From an uncultured Candidatus Saccharibacteria bacterium (lineage in GTDB: Bacteria; Patescibacteriota; WWE3; 2-01-FULL-39-13), in NCBI GenBank assembly GCA_964370865.1, contig CAYJKF010000004.1:22734-86733 (forward strand): 64,000 nucleotides of DNA, read 5' to 3'. The notes under the pieces are model-generated. The model did no database searches. It saw only the letters and a list, made by a program, of their open reading frames with translations, and had not been told where the DNA came from. Positions 29,542 to 40,370 of the stretch are shown piece after piece (positions within the stretch are counted from its first letter, which is position 1; the number at the start of each line of letters is the position of its first letter). The translations under genes were made by a program, and so were the position numbers.

Positions 29542-30972
29542 ATGAAACGCACAAAAATAATAATAACTCTCGGCCCAGCTACTGAAACACCTGAAATAAT
29601 AGAAAAATTAATTCATGCAGGTGTAAATGTTTTTAGATTTAATTTAAAACACAATGATTACCAGTGGCATGGAGAGAAAATCGCGCTTGTTAGAGAAATC
29701 GCGCAAAAATTAAATACAGAGGTGGCTATTTTTGCAGACTTACAGGGACCAGAACTTAGAATCGGAAACTTTCCAAGTGGCATTGAAAAAATGAATTTAG
29801 AGGAAGGCCAAACTGTATATTTAACTCCAAGAAACATTGAAGGTGAAATATGCATTCCATTTAAGGATATAAATTTAATCAATGGAATGAAATCAGGAAA
29901 TAAAATCCTTATAGATGATGGAAATGTAGAATTGTCTTTTCAATCTAAAACTGCAAATTATATAAAAACAGTGGTAGTAGAGGGAGGGGCACTTGGTCCT
30001 AGAAAATCAGTAAGTATTCCTGATGGCACAATAAACGTCCCAACTTTACTCGAAAAAGATTACAAGGATATCGAATTTGTAACTAAGAATAGTGTAGATT
30101 TTATCGCTTTATCATTTGTCAGAGACGAAAAGGATATTACGACATTACGTACGGCAATAAAAGCTCAGGGTGGCAATCAAAAAATAATCGCAAAAATAGA
30201 AACATTAAAATCTGTAAACAACATTGATGAAATTATTCGTGCAAGCGATGTAATAATGATTGCAAGAGGAGATTTAGGAGTTGAGATTCCTTATGAAAAA
30301 GTTCCAAAAATCCAAGAGATGATAATTACAGAGTGCCGTAAGCACTACAAACCAGTAATTGTAGCTACCCAAATGCTAATGAGTATGATCAAAAACCCAT
30401 TACCATCACGTGCTGAAGTCGCTGATATTGCTCATGCGGTAATTCAAAAGACGGATTGTCTAATGCTTTCAGATGAAACTACGATTGGAGATTATCCAGT
30501 AAAAGCTGTAACGGTCATGGCAAAGATTGCACGATTTAACGATTCGCACGACGTAGGATTAAACAATACTGCTCGTATAGATTTCGACTCTGATACTTAT
30601 GAGGAAATGGTAATCGCAGCCTCTATTAGACTCAGCAGTGAAAAACCTAATAATGAGAAATCTGAAATAAAAGGTTATATCGTTTTCACAGAATCAGGAA
30701 AATCAGCAAGGGTACTTTCGAGATTTCGATCGAATCTTCCTGTATACGCATTTACATCACATCATTCAATTGCAAGACGTTTAAATATGTCTTATGGAAT
30801 CACTCCTTTTCATATGAAATTGCATAAAAATCCAGTTAATAATATTAAAGAAGCTTTATCCACTTTGAAAAAACGAAATTTAATTGACGCCGGAAATCGA
30901 ATGATCGTTATCTTTGGCCAAAACGTTGGGGAATTAGAATCAAATAATACGGTCAGTATTGTTCAGGCGTAG
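29542..30972 (+). CDS. pyk: pyruvate kinase
   Basis: N-terminus KIIITLGPATETPE, MIARGDLGVEIP motif, 476 aa. Confidence 0.9.
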   Translation: MKRTKIIITLGPATETPEIIEKLIHAGVNVFRFNLKHNDYQWHGEKIALVREIAQKLNTEVAIFADLQGPELRIGNFPSGIEKMNLEEGQTVYLTPRNIEGEICIPFKDINLINGMKSGNKILIDDGNVELSFQSKTANYIKTVVVEGGALGPRKSVSIPDGTINVPTLLEKDYKDIEFVTKNSVDFIALSFVRDEKDITTLRTAIKAQGGNQKIIAKIETLKSVNNIDEIIRASDVIMIARGDLGVEIPYEKVPKIQEMIITECRKHYKPVIVATQMLMSMIKNPLPSRAEVADIAHAVIQKTDCLMLSDETTIGDYPVKAVTVMAKIARFNDSHDVGLNNTARIDFDSDTYEEMVIAASIRLSSEKPNNEKSEIKGYIVFTESGKSARVLSRFRSNLPVYAFTSHHSIARRLNMSYGITPFHMKLHKNPVNNIKEALSTLKKRNLIDAGNRMIVIFGQNVGELESNNTVSIVQA

Positions 30973-30992
30973 AAACAATATTCCGTTACAAT

Positions 30993-31397
30993 TTATATAT
31001 TATTGGACACAACAGACGCTGTATTTTTTGGATTTCCAGTCTGAAGTACAAATAAAATTGTAAGAACAATACCTGTAAATAAACCTAAGCCGAACATTCC
31101 ACCTCTAAACCATAACAATGTCGTTACTATCGCAGGCCATTGTACGAGTCTGCTTTTTGGTTTTTTTAGGTTAAAATATCCCAATACAAGCCATAGCAAT
31201 CCATATATAGAATAGCCAATTACATGTCCCCAGTTTTTTCCATAGTAAGGGCTTTCTAGCATACGTAGGGTGATCGGTGTTAGAAGTCCATCATTTGTAA
31301 CAAGAAACAATGCTAATAAAATTGCGGGGAGAAAAAGTGCTGCTGCCTGAAAAAATAAAATCGCCGAAGAAAAATATACGAGCTTGGAATTGGCCAT
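30993..31397 (-). CDS. small membrane protein (hypothetical)
   Basis: 134 aa, 4 hydrophobic segments. Confidence 0.45.
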   Translation of the reverse strand: MANSKLVYFSSAILFFQAAALFLPAILLALFLVTNDGLLTPITLRMLESPYYGKNWGHVIGYSIYGLLWLVLGYFNLKKPKSRLVQWPAIVTTLLWFRGGMFGLGLFTGIVLTILFVLQTGNPKNTASVVSNNI

Positions 31398-31453
31398 ATA
31401 AAATCAATTAAATATCCACTGATATAATGTTAACACTATGATTCCGTTTTCTC

Positions 31454-32437
31454 CTATTTCCCATGAAACTTCTCGTGAACTTCTTTTAGATGCTTATTTG
31501 TAACGTGCGTATAAATCTGCGTTGTAGAAACGTCCGCATGACCAAGCAATTCCTGTACAGAACGAAGGTCTGCTCCTGCAATTAATAAATCAGTTGCAAA
31601 GCTATGCCTCAAAACGTGTGGGGTAACATTCTGGGATATTCCTGCTTTAAGAGCATATTTCTTTATGAGCCTTTGAACTGATCTTGGAGTTAAGCGCAGT
31701 GATTCACCCTCTGGATCATTTAATTCCATTGATTTGCCACTGTATCTAACAAATAGAGGTTTGAAAGTATCATTTCTAGTAGATTGATACTTACGAATCC
31801 ACCCAGCTGCGACATCCGATAAATAAACCGTTCTAACTTTTCGACCTTTACCAATAACAGCAAATTCTTTGCGTTCTAGAATTTGAGGAGAAATATCCTC
31901 TCGGTTTAAATGAATTAATTCGCTAATACGTAAACCTGTGCTAAATAATGTCTCAAGTATTGCACGATCACGAATTCCACTTTTTTTATTTAAATCTTGG
32001 ACTTTAAACAAGTCAGATACTTGATCTGGCGCTAAAAACTTAGGTACTCGAGGATCTTGTTTACCCAGAATAATTTTGTCAGGGGGAAGCGTGTCATTTA
32101 AGTTCACTTCAACTATTAAGTAACGAAAGAACGACCTTAGCGCTGTTAAATAACGATTTTGGGTATTTCTTTGAATCGTTTCATTATGTCGCTTATCGCT
32201 AAGACGACGGTTTAAATACATACGAAATTCACGAACAACATCTTGATCTATCTTTTTATAAGAAACACTCTCAGCTGAAAAATATTCTTTTGCCCAAGCT
32301 TCAAATGACTTAAGGTACAAATGATACATTTTTACGGTTCCTTGGGACAAATTACGATCGACCTCACAGTACTGCAGAAATTGATCTATTAAGTAACCAA
32401 TATCATTTTTGTTTACTGAGTGATTCTGATTTGGCAT
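31454..32437 (-). CDS. tyrosine site-specific recombinase (XerC/XerD / phage integrase family)
   Basis: C-terminus HVLRHSFATDLLIAGADLRSVQELLGHADVSTTQIYTHV carries the R..H..R..Y catalytic residues. The N-terminal region is core-binding-like. Confidence 0.85.
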   Translation of the reverse strand: MPNQNHSVNKNDIGYLIDQFLQYCEVDRNLSQGTVKMYHLYLKSFEAWAKEYFSAESVSYKKIDQDVVREFRMYLNRRLSDKRHNETIQRNTQNRYLTALRSFFRYLIVEVNLNDTLPPDKIILGKQDPRVPKFLAPDQVSDLFKVQDLNKKSGIRDRAILETLFSTGLRISELIHLNREDISPQILERKEFAVIGKGRKVRTVYLSDVAAGWIRKYQSTRNDTFKPLFVRYSGKSMELNDPEGESLRLTPRSVQRLIKKYALKAGISQNVTPHVLRHSFATDLLIAGADLRSVQELLGHADVSTTQIYTHVTNKHLKEVHEKFHGK

Positions 32438-33239
32438 AGAGTTAATTAAGATTACGACGTTTACCTAACTAGGTCAAATAAGTAAAAAGATAAATTGAAT
32501 TATTGGAAAATATTTGGACGCAGAAATACTAGAATCGAGACTTGTAGGACTTAGGGATGTCTAGAAAACCTAGAATCCTACTAGATCGTATTAGTGAGGA
32601 TTTTCCACCTTATCTCTTAGGTATCTAAGTAGCCATTATCGAATATAAAGGCCTTAAAACGGCGATAAACGCGATGTTTTAAGCACGAAAACTAGCTAAT
32701 TTAGCTTATATCTAAAATAAGGTTAGGAAGCCAGATATGACAAATATTCTTATTAAAATTTAATTAAACAAACCTGGTGGGCTAGGGAAATAAGAAATAA
32801 ATTAATAAATAGGTAATTAAATAAAATATAAAAATTATTTCTTGTGATAATTTTGGAATAGATTTATGTAGAGTAGGGTCATAATTTGCGTACACCAAAC
32901 TCGTCGTAATTTGTATGTTTAACGACGTGATGTAACGGGATTCAGGACATGGCATATTTCATAGAGATAATAACAAAAAGGGGGAAATTCCAAAGAAATC
33001 TTCTAATTCCTTCTTTTAATTCAATTTAATTAAATTAATTACAACTTCGCCTAGAGATATATCCCAATTAATTAAGGATTTATAACTGAGTAAGTTTAGA
33101 ACCTAAGAAATGTATGAATTATCCACAAATTCCTTAATATAGACCTATAGTGTCAAAGTAGGACAAACTGCCAGGCACCTTTTATACGACAATGATAGTC
33201 CTATAGTTTTCGGGTACTATTCCCCTACTCTGCTTACTT

Positions 33240-34052
33240 TTATGAGATAAAAAACGCAATAAATAGCGAAAGAACAAGCAAAAATACAGATTCTATTATG
33301 TATTTTGTGTTTACATTATGCACTAATAAATTCTGAATTAAGTTAATTAGGATGTAGGTCGTGACGCTCAGGATAATCGAACTTGCATATGCTTCGTATG
33401 GAAAATACATCAAAACAATAGATAGTTGTGTAATGACTAGGACGGCGAAAAACGAGATAGATTCAATCTTTACAAGGTTTTTCGCCTTTACCTCCCCTAT
33501 TTTTTCATCTAAAAAGAACCAACGGATAGTGTAGAAAATTAAATAATAGTAAATAAAGAATAAAATCGCTTTAACTAGTAAGTTAACCAACGGTAAATTA
33601 GTAAATATAAGCAACTTGTAATTTACCGTCGCAAATAAAAACGACCCCATAATGGTTGTAATGAATACGATAAGTCTGGCAGGTTGAATTAACGGTATAT
33701 TTTCATTAACTTTCTCTGCAACAATGTAAATATTGAAGGACAAAAGGAGCCCATATATCACGCCTCCCATTCCAAGAAAATAAACAGCTTTGATGTAATT
33801 ATCTAAATTTGGAAATGCGAAAGGAAAGATATGAGCACAAAATACAAAAAGCGCAAGATAAATTGCTTTATCGAGAATATAAGTACCCTTATGAACCTTA
33901 TAAAAGGCTCCAAGCGATATTAATGTAGATAACGTTACGATAGATACATACACATAGACATTGGTAATATTCAGCAATATATCGCAAATAGCACCGGTGA
34001 ACGAAAATAACAAACCAAATCCAAGGTATGTGATTTTCTTATTAAACGCCAT
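33240..34052 (-). CDS. polytopic membrane protein (hypothetical)
   Basis: 270 aa, about 8 TM segments. Confidence 0.5.
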   Translation of the reverse strand: MAFNKKITYLGFGLLFSFTGAICDILLNITNVYVYVSIVTLSTLISLGAFYKVHKGTYILDKAIYLALFVFCAHIFPFAFPNLDNYIKAVYFLGMGGVIYGLLLSFNIYIVAEKVNENIPLIQPARLIVFITTIMGSFLFATVNYKLLIFTNLPLVNLLVKAILFFIYYYLIFYTIRWFFLDEKIGEVKAKNLVKIESISFFAVLVITQLSIVLMYFPYEAYASSIILSVTTYILINLIQNLLVHNVNTKYIIESVFLLVLSLFIAFFIS

Positions 34053-34068
34053 GATTGAATTATAGTTG

Positions 34069-34542
34069 CTAGACTGATTTTATACAGTGGCAGATTGCTA
34101 AAGCTAAAGCATCTGAAGCATCGATTGGCTTAATTTTTTCCTTTAAACAAAGGATTGTTTCGATTTTTTCTCGAACCATGTCTTTTTCAGCTCTTCCATA
34201 ACCAGTAAGGGTTAACTTTGCCTGTAATGCAGTGTATTCAAAAACTGGCAACTTATATTCTCCCGCGACTAAAAGATAAATTCCTCTAGCTTGACCAACT
34301 TGGATTGCAGTCTTAGCGTTAGTGTTAAAGAATAATCTTTCAATAACCATAACATCAGGTTTTGTTCTTTCGATAATTGAAGAAATACTACCGTGAATTT
34401 TTAATAGACGATCCTGCATAAAGTGGTCCTTGTCAGTTTTAACCTGACCATATTCGATGGACCTAATTTTATCCTTATTAAAAAGCTCAACAACGCCAAA
34501 TCCAGTAGTTGCTGTGCCAGGATCAATCCCTAATATAATCAT
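34069..34542 (-). CDS. ruvC: Holliday junction resolvase RuvC
   Basis: [20 protein letters not shown]-terminus, 157 aa. Lies next to yebC in the conserved yebC-ruvC arrangement. Confidence 0.85.
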   Translation of the reverse strand: MIILGIDPGTATTGFGVVELFNKDKIRSIEYGQVKTDKDHFMQDRLLKIHGSISSIIERTKPDVMVIERLFFNTNAKTAIQVGQARGIYLLVAGEYKLPVFEYTALQAKLTLTGYGRAEKDMVREKIETILCLKEKIKPIDASDALALAICHCIKSV

Positions 34543-35114
34543 TATTCTGACTCCTCGTTATCCTCATCGGAATCAGCATTTGTATCTTCGAAATTTGTGA
34601 AAATGTCGACTACATCACTTAACCCACCAAGTTCATCAGTAAGTGATATTAGTTTATTTCTACCCGCCTCATCAAGTGGAATTTTAAAAGTAGGGTTATC
34701 AAAATCTCCATTTGGAAATATATATGCAACAGAACCAGCTTCACCTAAGGAACCTCCATGGTCGTTAAAAGCGTGCCTTACTTCTGAAACCGTTCGATTT
34801 TTATTGTCTGTTAAACACTTAACAATTACGGCAACGCCTCCTGCGGCATAACCTTCATATGTCGCTTCTACAAATTGAGTCCCCTCTAATTTTCCAGAAC
34901 CTTTTGCGATTGCTCGGTCAATTCGTTCTTTTGGCATATTCATTGCCTTTGCCTTATCAACCGCTGATCTTAAGGTTGGATTTGCATCCACGTCACCGCT
35001 AGTTTTCGCTGCAGTTATAATGTCTTGGACTAGTCGGGTAAATACTTTACCCTTCTTTGCATCCATTAGACCTTTTTTCCTTTTAATATTTGACCATTTT
35101 GAATGACCGGACAT
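34542..35114 (-). CDS. yebC: YebC/PmpR family transcriptional regulator (short form)
   Basis: [28 protein letters not shown] is the YebC signature. 190 aa, with an acidic C-terminal tail. Confidence 0.85.
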   Translation of the reverse strand: MSGHSKWSNIKRKKGLMDAKKGKVFTRLVQDIITAAKTSGDVDANPTLRSAVDKAKAMNMPKERIDRAIAKGSGKLEGTQFVEATYEGYAAGGVAVIVKCLTDNKNRTVSEVRHAFNDHGGSLGEAGSVAYIFPNGDFDNPTFKIPLDEAGRNKLISLTDELGGLSDVVDIFTNFEDTNADSDEDNEESE

Positions 35115-35116
35115 AT

Positions 35117-36298
35117 TTAGTAATCAACTAACACTAAAGTGGCTTTAGTACGGAATATTTCTGAATTATATCCACCATTAACAATTAAATCAGAAAGCTT
35201 AATTACATTAGTTATTTGAAGCGTATCTGCTAACAATTTAACTGTATTTAAATTCTCGTCATCGACTATTATAGTATTTCCTTCAAAATCTGTAAAAGAA
35301 TTCTCCGCACCCAAAACTCCTGTGCCGATATTTTTAGCGAGTCTATTGCCCCAACCTGCTAAACCAGGTATTTTTGGGTCGTTTGAAGCGTTAAGCACAA
35401 AAACTTTTATTCCTTCTTTTTTAACTTCTGCATACTGGGTCGACTCCTGCCAAAGCCTATCCCACTGCTCAGTATCTTGTAGCTCATATGTACTCAATCG
35501 GTGATAAATGGACGAGTTACTCGAGGTATTCTTAATAAACTTGAGAACCGAAAAAGTGTCGTCTACACTTAAATTGGTTTTAACGCCATCCCGAAATGAT
35601 AATAATGACCTAGGAACCTTAACTGTATTCTTTAGTCGTAGATTGACTGCCAAATCATTAAAATCCACTCCACCATAGATGTCATTTATTTCTGTGTAAG
35701 TGGCCTCATCGATTATGATATAGCCATCAATTTTTACCGCCAGATAATTAACGAAAAAAGCTTTTAAATCTGAGGTAAAATAGGTTTGATCAGCAAATGA
35801 TTTGCTATATATATCTTTAAGCTTAAGTGTATTTTTTTCACTGCCCTTGATTGGAATTGTAATTTCTTCTTCGATTGGGAAATCGTAGGTATAATATTTC
35901 CCGGCCTTCTCATCCGCTTTAAACAGGAATAGTTTTTTGACTTCCCCGTGCTCGCTATAATCGCTTACATAAACGATAGCAATGTTTGTTGTGAAATTTT
36001 CTGTATCCCATACAGAATTTGCAAAATACTCGTCTTCTGATGCTTTTGTAAAAGGAGCGTTAATAAATTTGTAAAGACCAACGGATACCATAATAGCTAC
36101 GGAAGCGACAACAAGTAACATTCCCATTACAGAACGCCATAGATGCTTCTTAACGTTCTTTACAACCTTTTTTCTGCCATAGGTACGCTTCTGTGCTACC
36201 CCGCGTGTAGATGACCTAGAATTGGATACCGTTCGTTTAGCATATAATGGCTTGTTACTTCTTGTCTTGGGCATGATTGTTACTATCAATGATAACAA
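35117..36298 (-). CDS. LytR-CpsA-Psr (LCP) family-like envelope protein
   Basis: Basic cytoplasmic N-terminus, then one TM, then an ectodomain containing [28 protein letters not shown], which resembles the LCP IDYY...GF..L.DALGGV motif. Confidence 0.5.
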   Translation of the reverse strand: MLSLIVTIMPKTRSNKPLYAKRTVSNSRSSTRGVAQKRTYGRKKVVKNVKKHLWRSVMGMLLVVASVAIMVSVGLYKFINAPFTKASEDEYFANSVWDTENFTTNIAIVYVSDYSEHGEVKKLFLFKADEKAGKYYTYDFPIEEEITIPIKGSEKNTLKLKDIYSKSFADQTYFTSDLKAFFVNYLAVKIDGYIIIDEATYTEINDIYGGVDFNDLAVNLRLKNTVKVPRSLLSFRDGVKTNLSVDDTFSVLKFIKNTSSNSSIYHRLSTYELQDTEQWDRLWQESTQYAEVKKEGIKVFVLNASNDPKIPGLAGWGNRLAKNIGTGVLGAENSFTDFEGNTIIVDDENLNTVKLLADTLQITNVIKLSDLIVNGGYNSEIFRTKATLVLVDY

Positions 36299-36331
36299 AT
36301 TATCATTGTCACGACACTATTTTATTGGGAT

Positions 36332-37108
36332 TTATTTAAGTTTGTTTAAAACGCTTTGCAAATCTTCTGGCAAAGGGGCACTTATTTCAATGGGCTCATG
36401 AGTAATTGGATCTGAGAATTTGATATAAAATGCATGCAAAAATTGTCTATCAATACGGTCTAAATTTCTTTTATATCTATTTTTGCCGGAATATAAAAAG
36501 TCACCAAGTACTGGAGTATTTAAAGCGGCCAAATGAACTCTAATCTGATGGGTTCTTCCAGTTTTTGGATAGCATTCGATTAGGGAATATTCCTGCCCTT
36601 CTTCATCCTTAACGATTTTTATGATTTTTCCATGGGTAACAGCTTCTTTTCCATTTACATCGACTGCAAATTTTTCTCGATTTTTTCTATTGCGAGTAAT
36701 TGGAGCATTTATTTCAAATTCGGTTTCTGGTTTACCATCTTTTAATACACCGTAAACTAAGACCAAATATTTTTTGACGACTTCCCTATCCTTAAACTGA
36801 CGTTGAAGCTCTTCGAATGCATCCCAAGTCTTCGCAACAATTATTACACCGGATGTGTCTTTGTCTAATCTGTGTACAATTCCTGAGCGACTGTAAAATT
36901 CAGAAATATAACCATCTTCAGTTAAACGAGTTTTTTCGTTTTCATCTTTAGGTGTATATAATTCTGGGTAAGTTTCGGATAAGTGTTTTTGCAGTGTGGC
37001 CACGTCTTTAGTTGTATTTGCATCGTTCACCACAAGACCAGCTGGTTTATCGAACACAAAACAGCCATCGTTTTCGAAAAGTATTTTAAAATCTTTTTTA
37101 TTCGGCAT
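36332..37108 (-). CDS. RluA-family pseudouridine synthase
   Basis: HRLDKDTSGVIIVAKT catalytic motif, 258 aa. Confidence 0.8.
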   Translation of the reverse strand: MPNKKDFKILFENDGCFVFDKPAGLVVNDANTTKDVATLQKHLSETYPELYTPKDENEKTRLTEDGYISEFYSRSGIVHRLDKDTSGVIIVAKTWDAFEELQRQFKDREVVKKYLVLVYGVLKDGKPETEFEINAPITRNRKNREKFAVDVNGKEAVTHGKIIKIVKDEEGQEYSLIECYPKTGRTHQIRVHLAALNTPVLGDFLYSGKNRYKRNLDRIDRQFLHAFYIKFSDPITHEPIEISAPLPEDLQSVLNKLK

Positions 37109-37448
37109 GTTTGATGCAAGTCTTGGCAGTAGGATTTGCTTGTAGTCTTTCTATGCTAATTTTTTCTCCACAAACTTCGCAAATTCCATAATCGCCTTCG
37201 TTGATGTTTTTTAGAGCGGCATCGATATCTTTACTTTCTTTAGCTAAATCCTCTTGAATTGCGTCTAAAGTAACACGTTCTTGTAAGTCTGCTACCTCTT
37301 CTTCCATCTCATCCATATTTCTAGTTCCATCCTGCAGATATTCCTGCATATAAGGGTCCTTTTGTTTAACGTCACTGATCTGCTCTTTTACTTCTTTTTT
37401 TCGTTGTAAAAGTACGTGTTTAATTTTTTCAAAAAAGTTATCTGCCAT
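37098..37448 (-). CDS. DksA/TraR-family C4 zinc-finger protein
   Basis: C-terminus CEVCGEKISIERLQANPTAKTCIKH is a C4 finger. Acidic coiled-coil N-terminus. Confidence 0.7.
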   Translation of the reverse strand: MADNFFEKIKHVLLQRKKEVKEQISDVKQKDPYMQEYLQDGTRNMDEMEEEVADLQERVTLDAIQEDLAKESKDIDAALKNINEGDYGICEVCGEKISIERLQANPTAKTCIKHAE

Positions 37449-38133
37449 TTTCTAATGTTTTGGATTTTCGTCGTTTCTTTATAAAAAAATAGAATGAAAC
37501 AACTAAAATCAGTAAATAAAATAATACTTGTAGCTTCCAAAAATGCGATGAGAAATTGAAGTTTTTGGCTAAAAACAGAATAGCAACCAGGCTTGATACG
37601 GTCAAGTAAAGGAAAAACAACATCCCCGTAAATAATATTTTATGGTATCTCTTAAGCTCAAAGTACAATTTACTTGAGCCATACTGTTTTTTGAGCCTCA
37701 AATACCTAGTAAATCCAAATAAACTGTAAAAAATTGCTGAAAGAATAATATAGTCAGCGAGAGGCAATGCAACCGCAAAACCCGTGAAAATTATAGCAGT
37801 AAAAATGCTTAACGCGGGTGCTAGCATATCCCCTACTTTCCATATATCCCAACCATTTTTGCGAACATAGATGGCAATTGCAATTCCTCCTCCCATTAAA
37901 ACGCCTTCTAATATCAGTGGAGCTGACCAAAACTGATATTTAAAATAATCCATACTCAACGGTCTAAATAAAAGTTTCCCTCCAATCAATCCACCAATTA
38001 ACATTAAAAAACATGCATCAAAGATTTTGTTCGGGCTGTATCCTTCTTCAGTAGAATCTTTCCAATAAAAGTAAGCGAAGAATAAAGCCGCAATTATTAG
38101 TGAAATTGTGTATATTATAATTTCTGGAGTCAT
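37438..38133 (-). CDS. membrane protein, possibly prolipoprotein diacylglyceryl transferase-like
   Basis: Polytopic. GGLIGGKLLF and MGGGIAIAIYV segments loosely resemble Lgt motifs. Weak evidence. Confidence 0.35.
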   Translation of the reverse strand: MTPEIIIYTISLIIAALFFAYFYWKDSTEEGYSPNKIFDACFLMLIGGLIGGKLLFRPLSMDYFKYQFWSAPLILEGVLMGGGIAIAIYVRKNGWDIWKVGDMLAPALSIFTAIIFTGFAVALPLADYIILSAIFYSLFGFTRYLRLKKQYGSSKLYFELKRYHKILFTGMLFFLYLTVSSLVAILFLAKNFNFSSHFWKLQVLFYLLILVVSFYFFIKKRRKSKTLENGR

Positions 38134-38137
38134 TTTA

Positions 38138-38695
38138 TTAGGCTCTGTTTACATAAAGACCGGTTTCGGTATTTATCTTTATGGTATCACCTTCTTTAAT
38201 AAAGAGCGGCACTTCAATTTCGGTACCATTTTCTATTATTGCCTTTTTAGTGGCCGAGGTTGCAGTATTGCCTTTTACTGCAGGTGGAGCTGACACGATC
38301 TTAAAAAACATGCTTGGCGATAGGATTATGGAAATAGGCTTGCCTTTATATAGCATTATTTGGAAATCTTTACCTTCTATGAGGAATTTGGATTCGTAAG
38401 CGATGCTCTCTGTGGGAATTTCGTACTGACTGTAATCAATGTTATCCATAAAGTAGTGATTATCATCATCTTTATATAGGAATTGCATTGTTTTATTCTC
38501 CACCTCGGCTTCTTCTACTTTATCTCCGTTTGTTAAGGAAATTTCTTTAATTGAGCCAGTTAAAAGATGTTTTACTTTTACTTTAATAACTGCACTACCC
38601 CGTGCCATTTTAATATGTTCGTAGCCAAGTACCTTATAAGGCTCATTATAGTGGACAAAAACTATTCCGTTGCGTAGATCGGTGACATTAATCAT
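38138..38695 (-). CDS. efp: elongation factor P
   Basis: Region KVKVKHLLTGS with a conserved Lys loop. 185 aa, EF-P fold length. Confidence 0.85.
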   Translation of the reverse strand: MINVTDLRNGIVFVHYNEPYKVLGYEHIKMARGSAVIKVKVKHLLTGSIKEISLTNGDKVEEAEVENKTMQFLYKDDDNHYFMDNIDYSQYEIPTESIAYESKFLIEGKDFQIMLYKGKPISIILSPSMFFKIVSAPPAVKGNTATSATKKAIIENGTEIEVPLFIKEGDTIKINTETGLYVNRA

Positions 38696-38816
38696 AACTT
38701 GTAAATTATAATCGTTATAACTTTAAGTTCAACCAAGAGGAATCATTCGATTGGGTTTTCCCGTTCGGATTAGATTTGGCCCGGGTTACGTTGTGGCTTG
38801 GCTTTCGGTCTAGACC

Positions 38817-40139
38817 TTATTTTTCGGCCTGCTCTTTTGAAGCTTGTTCGTAGAATTTCGTTCTTTCTCCCCTAAAATACATAGAAATTGAGCCTGTTGG
38901 GCCATTTCTGTGTTTGGAAATGGATAAGGTTACCTCATTTCTGTTTTCATCGTCTGGACGGTGTAAGAACATGACTACATCGGCGTCTTGCTCGATACTT
39001 CCACTTTCTCGAAGGTCGCTAAGTTGTGGTTGTTTTGTGCCTCTCTGCTCTACTAGACGGTTAAGCTGCGCGGCCGCAACGACAGGAATATTTAACTCTT
39101 TTGCCAGGGCCTTTAGTCCCCAAGAGATTTCTGAAACCTCTTGTACGCGGTTTTCCATACTGCGGCCGCGCATGAGCTGTAAGTAGTCAACTATTATCAT
39201 TTGAATGCCTTTGTCAGAATGAATTCTTCTAGCCTTTGTTCTAAGCTCCATAATTGAAATACTAGGCGTATCGTCAACATAAATTGGAGCATCTGCTAAA
39301 ACTCCAGCTGCTTCGCCGTATGATGCTAATTCCTCATCCGTCAACTTTCCACTTGCTATCTTAAAACCATCAATATTTGCCTGAGCTGATACCATTCTCA
39401 TTCCTAAATCTACTGTGCTCATTTCAAGTGAAAAAATTCCAATTGGAATTTTGTGTTCTGTCGCCGCAAACTGTGCGATGTTCAATAATAAAGCCGATTT
39501 ACCTACAGATGGACGAGCAGCAACTATTATCAAGTTGCCTGGTCTAAATCCATTTAACTTAGAATCAAGCGACTTAAATCCTGTTGGAATTCCTCTCAAT
39601 TGATCTTTATTCCTATAAAGCTCGTCAAGTAAATCGAAACTTTCTTCAAGAGTCTTTCTAATTGAAACAAACTCCCCTTTTAAACTCTGGGATGAGATAT
39701 TAAAAAGTCTGCGCTCGGCATCATCCAATATATTCTCGATTTCTTGTTTTTCATCATATGCTAAATCTGCAAACTCCGAAGAAATTTGTATAAGTCTTCG
39801 TCTAATATAAGCATCCCTAACCAACTTCGCATGTGCCTCGATATTAAATGCGGATGGCGTATGATTGGCTAAATCTGTAATAACAGAAACTCCACCTACT
39901 TTATCGAGTAATTGCTGCTTCTTAAGTTTGGCTGTGACAGTAACAATATCGATCGGATCCCTATCTTCATAAAGAACCATCATAGACTCATATACGTATC
40001 TGTTTTTATCGTCGTAGAAATATTCTGGCGCCAAAAAATCCGCGATCTTAATAATAGAATCTTTATCTAATAGAATTGCGCCAAGAACCGCTTTTTCTGC
40101 ATCTAAACTTTGAGGTTGCATTTTTACTACGTCTGCCAT
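38817..40139 (-). CDS. dnaB: replicative DNA helicase DnaB
   Basis: Walker A GARPSVGKSALLLNIAQ and a DnaB N-terminal domain. 440 aa. Confidence 0.9.
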   Translation of the reverse strand: MADVVKMQPQSLDAEKAVLGAILLDKDSIIKIADFLAPEYFYDDKNRYVYESMMVLYEDRDPIDIVTVTAKLKKQQLLDKVGGVSVITDLANHTPSAFNIEAHAKLVRDAYIRRRLIQISSEFADLAYDEKQEIENILDDAERRLFNISSQSLKGEFVSIRKTLEESFDLLDELYRNKDQLRGIPTGFKSLDSKLNGFRPGNLIIVAARPSVGKSALLLNIAQFAATEHKIPIGIFSLEMSTVDLGMRMVSAQANIDGFKIASGKLTDEELASYGEAAGVLADAPIYVDDTPSISIMELRTKARRIHSDKGIQMIIVDYLQLMRGRSMENRVQEVSEISWGLKALAKELNIPVVAAAQLNRLVEQRGTKQPQLSDLRESGSIEQDADVVMFLHRPDDENRNEVTLSISKHRNGPTGSISMYFRGERTKFYEQASKEQAEK

Positions 40140-40191
40140 GGTAAGAATATAATACTACATGTTCTAGAATGATATACTTTAGCGTATAAAT

Positions 40192-40220
40192 AGGGTCCGA
40201 ACTTTAAGTAGCGCGGGCCT
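40192..40220. repeat. degenerate copy of the repeat (GGGTCCGAACTTTAAGTAGCGCGGGCC) upstream of tRNA-Leu
   Basis: GGGTCCGAACTTTAA is a 1-mismatch variant of the core. Confidence 0.45.
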
Positions 40221-40278
40221 AATTTGTACTTGCCGAAGTGGTCTCGCGATAGCGCGCCACATGAATACAAACGAATCA

Positions 40279-40363
40279 GCCGAAGTGGCGGAACTGGCAG
40301 ACGCGCACGACTCAAAATCGTGTTTCGAAAGAAGTGTGGGTTCGACCCCCACCTTCGGCACCA
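40279..40363 (+). tRNA. tRNA-Leu (anticodon CAA), type II, CCA encoded
   Basis: Manually folded cloverleaf. Acceptor GCCGAAG/CTTCGGC, anticodon arm CACGA-CUCAAAA-UCGUG, long variable arm, T-arm GTGGG-TTCGACC-CCCAC, ending in ACCA. Confidence 0.85.
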
Positions 40364-40370
40364 AGTATTA

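Noticed and set aside
28042-39603. Embedded or antisense ORFs 28042..28281, 29658..29882, 34597..34851, 35322..35504, 38108..38293, 38181..38399, 38914..39186 and 39415..39603
   Set aside because: Lie within genes that have strong family signatures.
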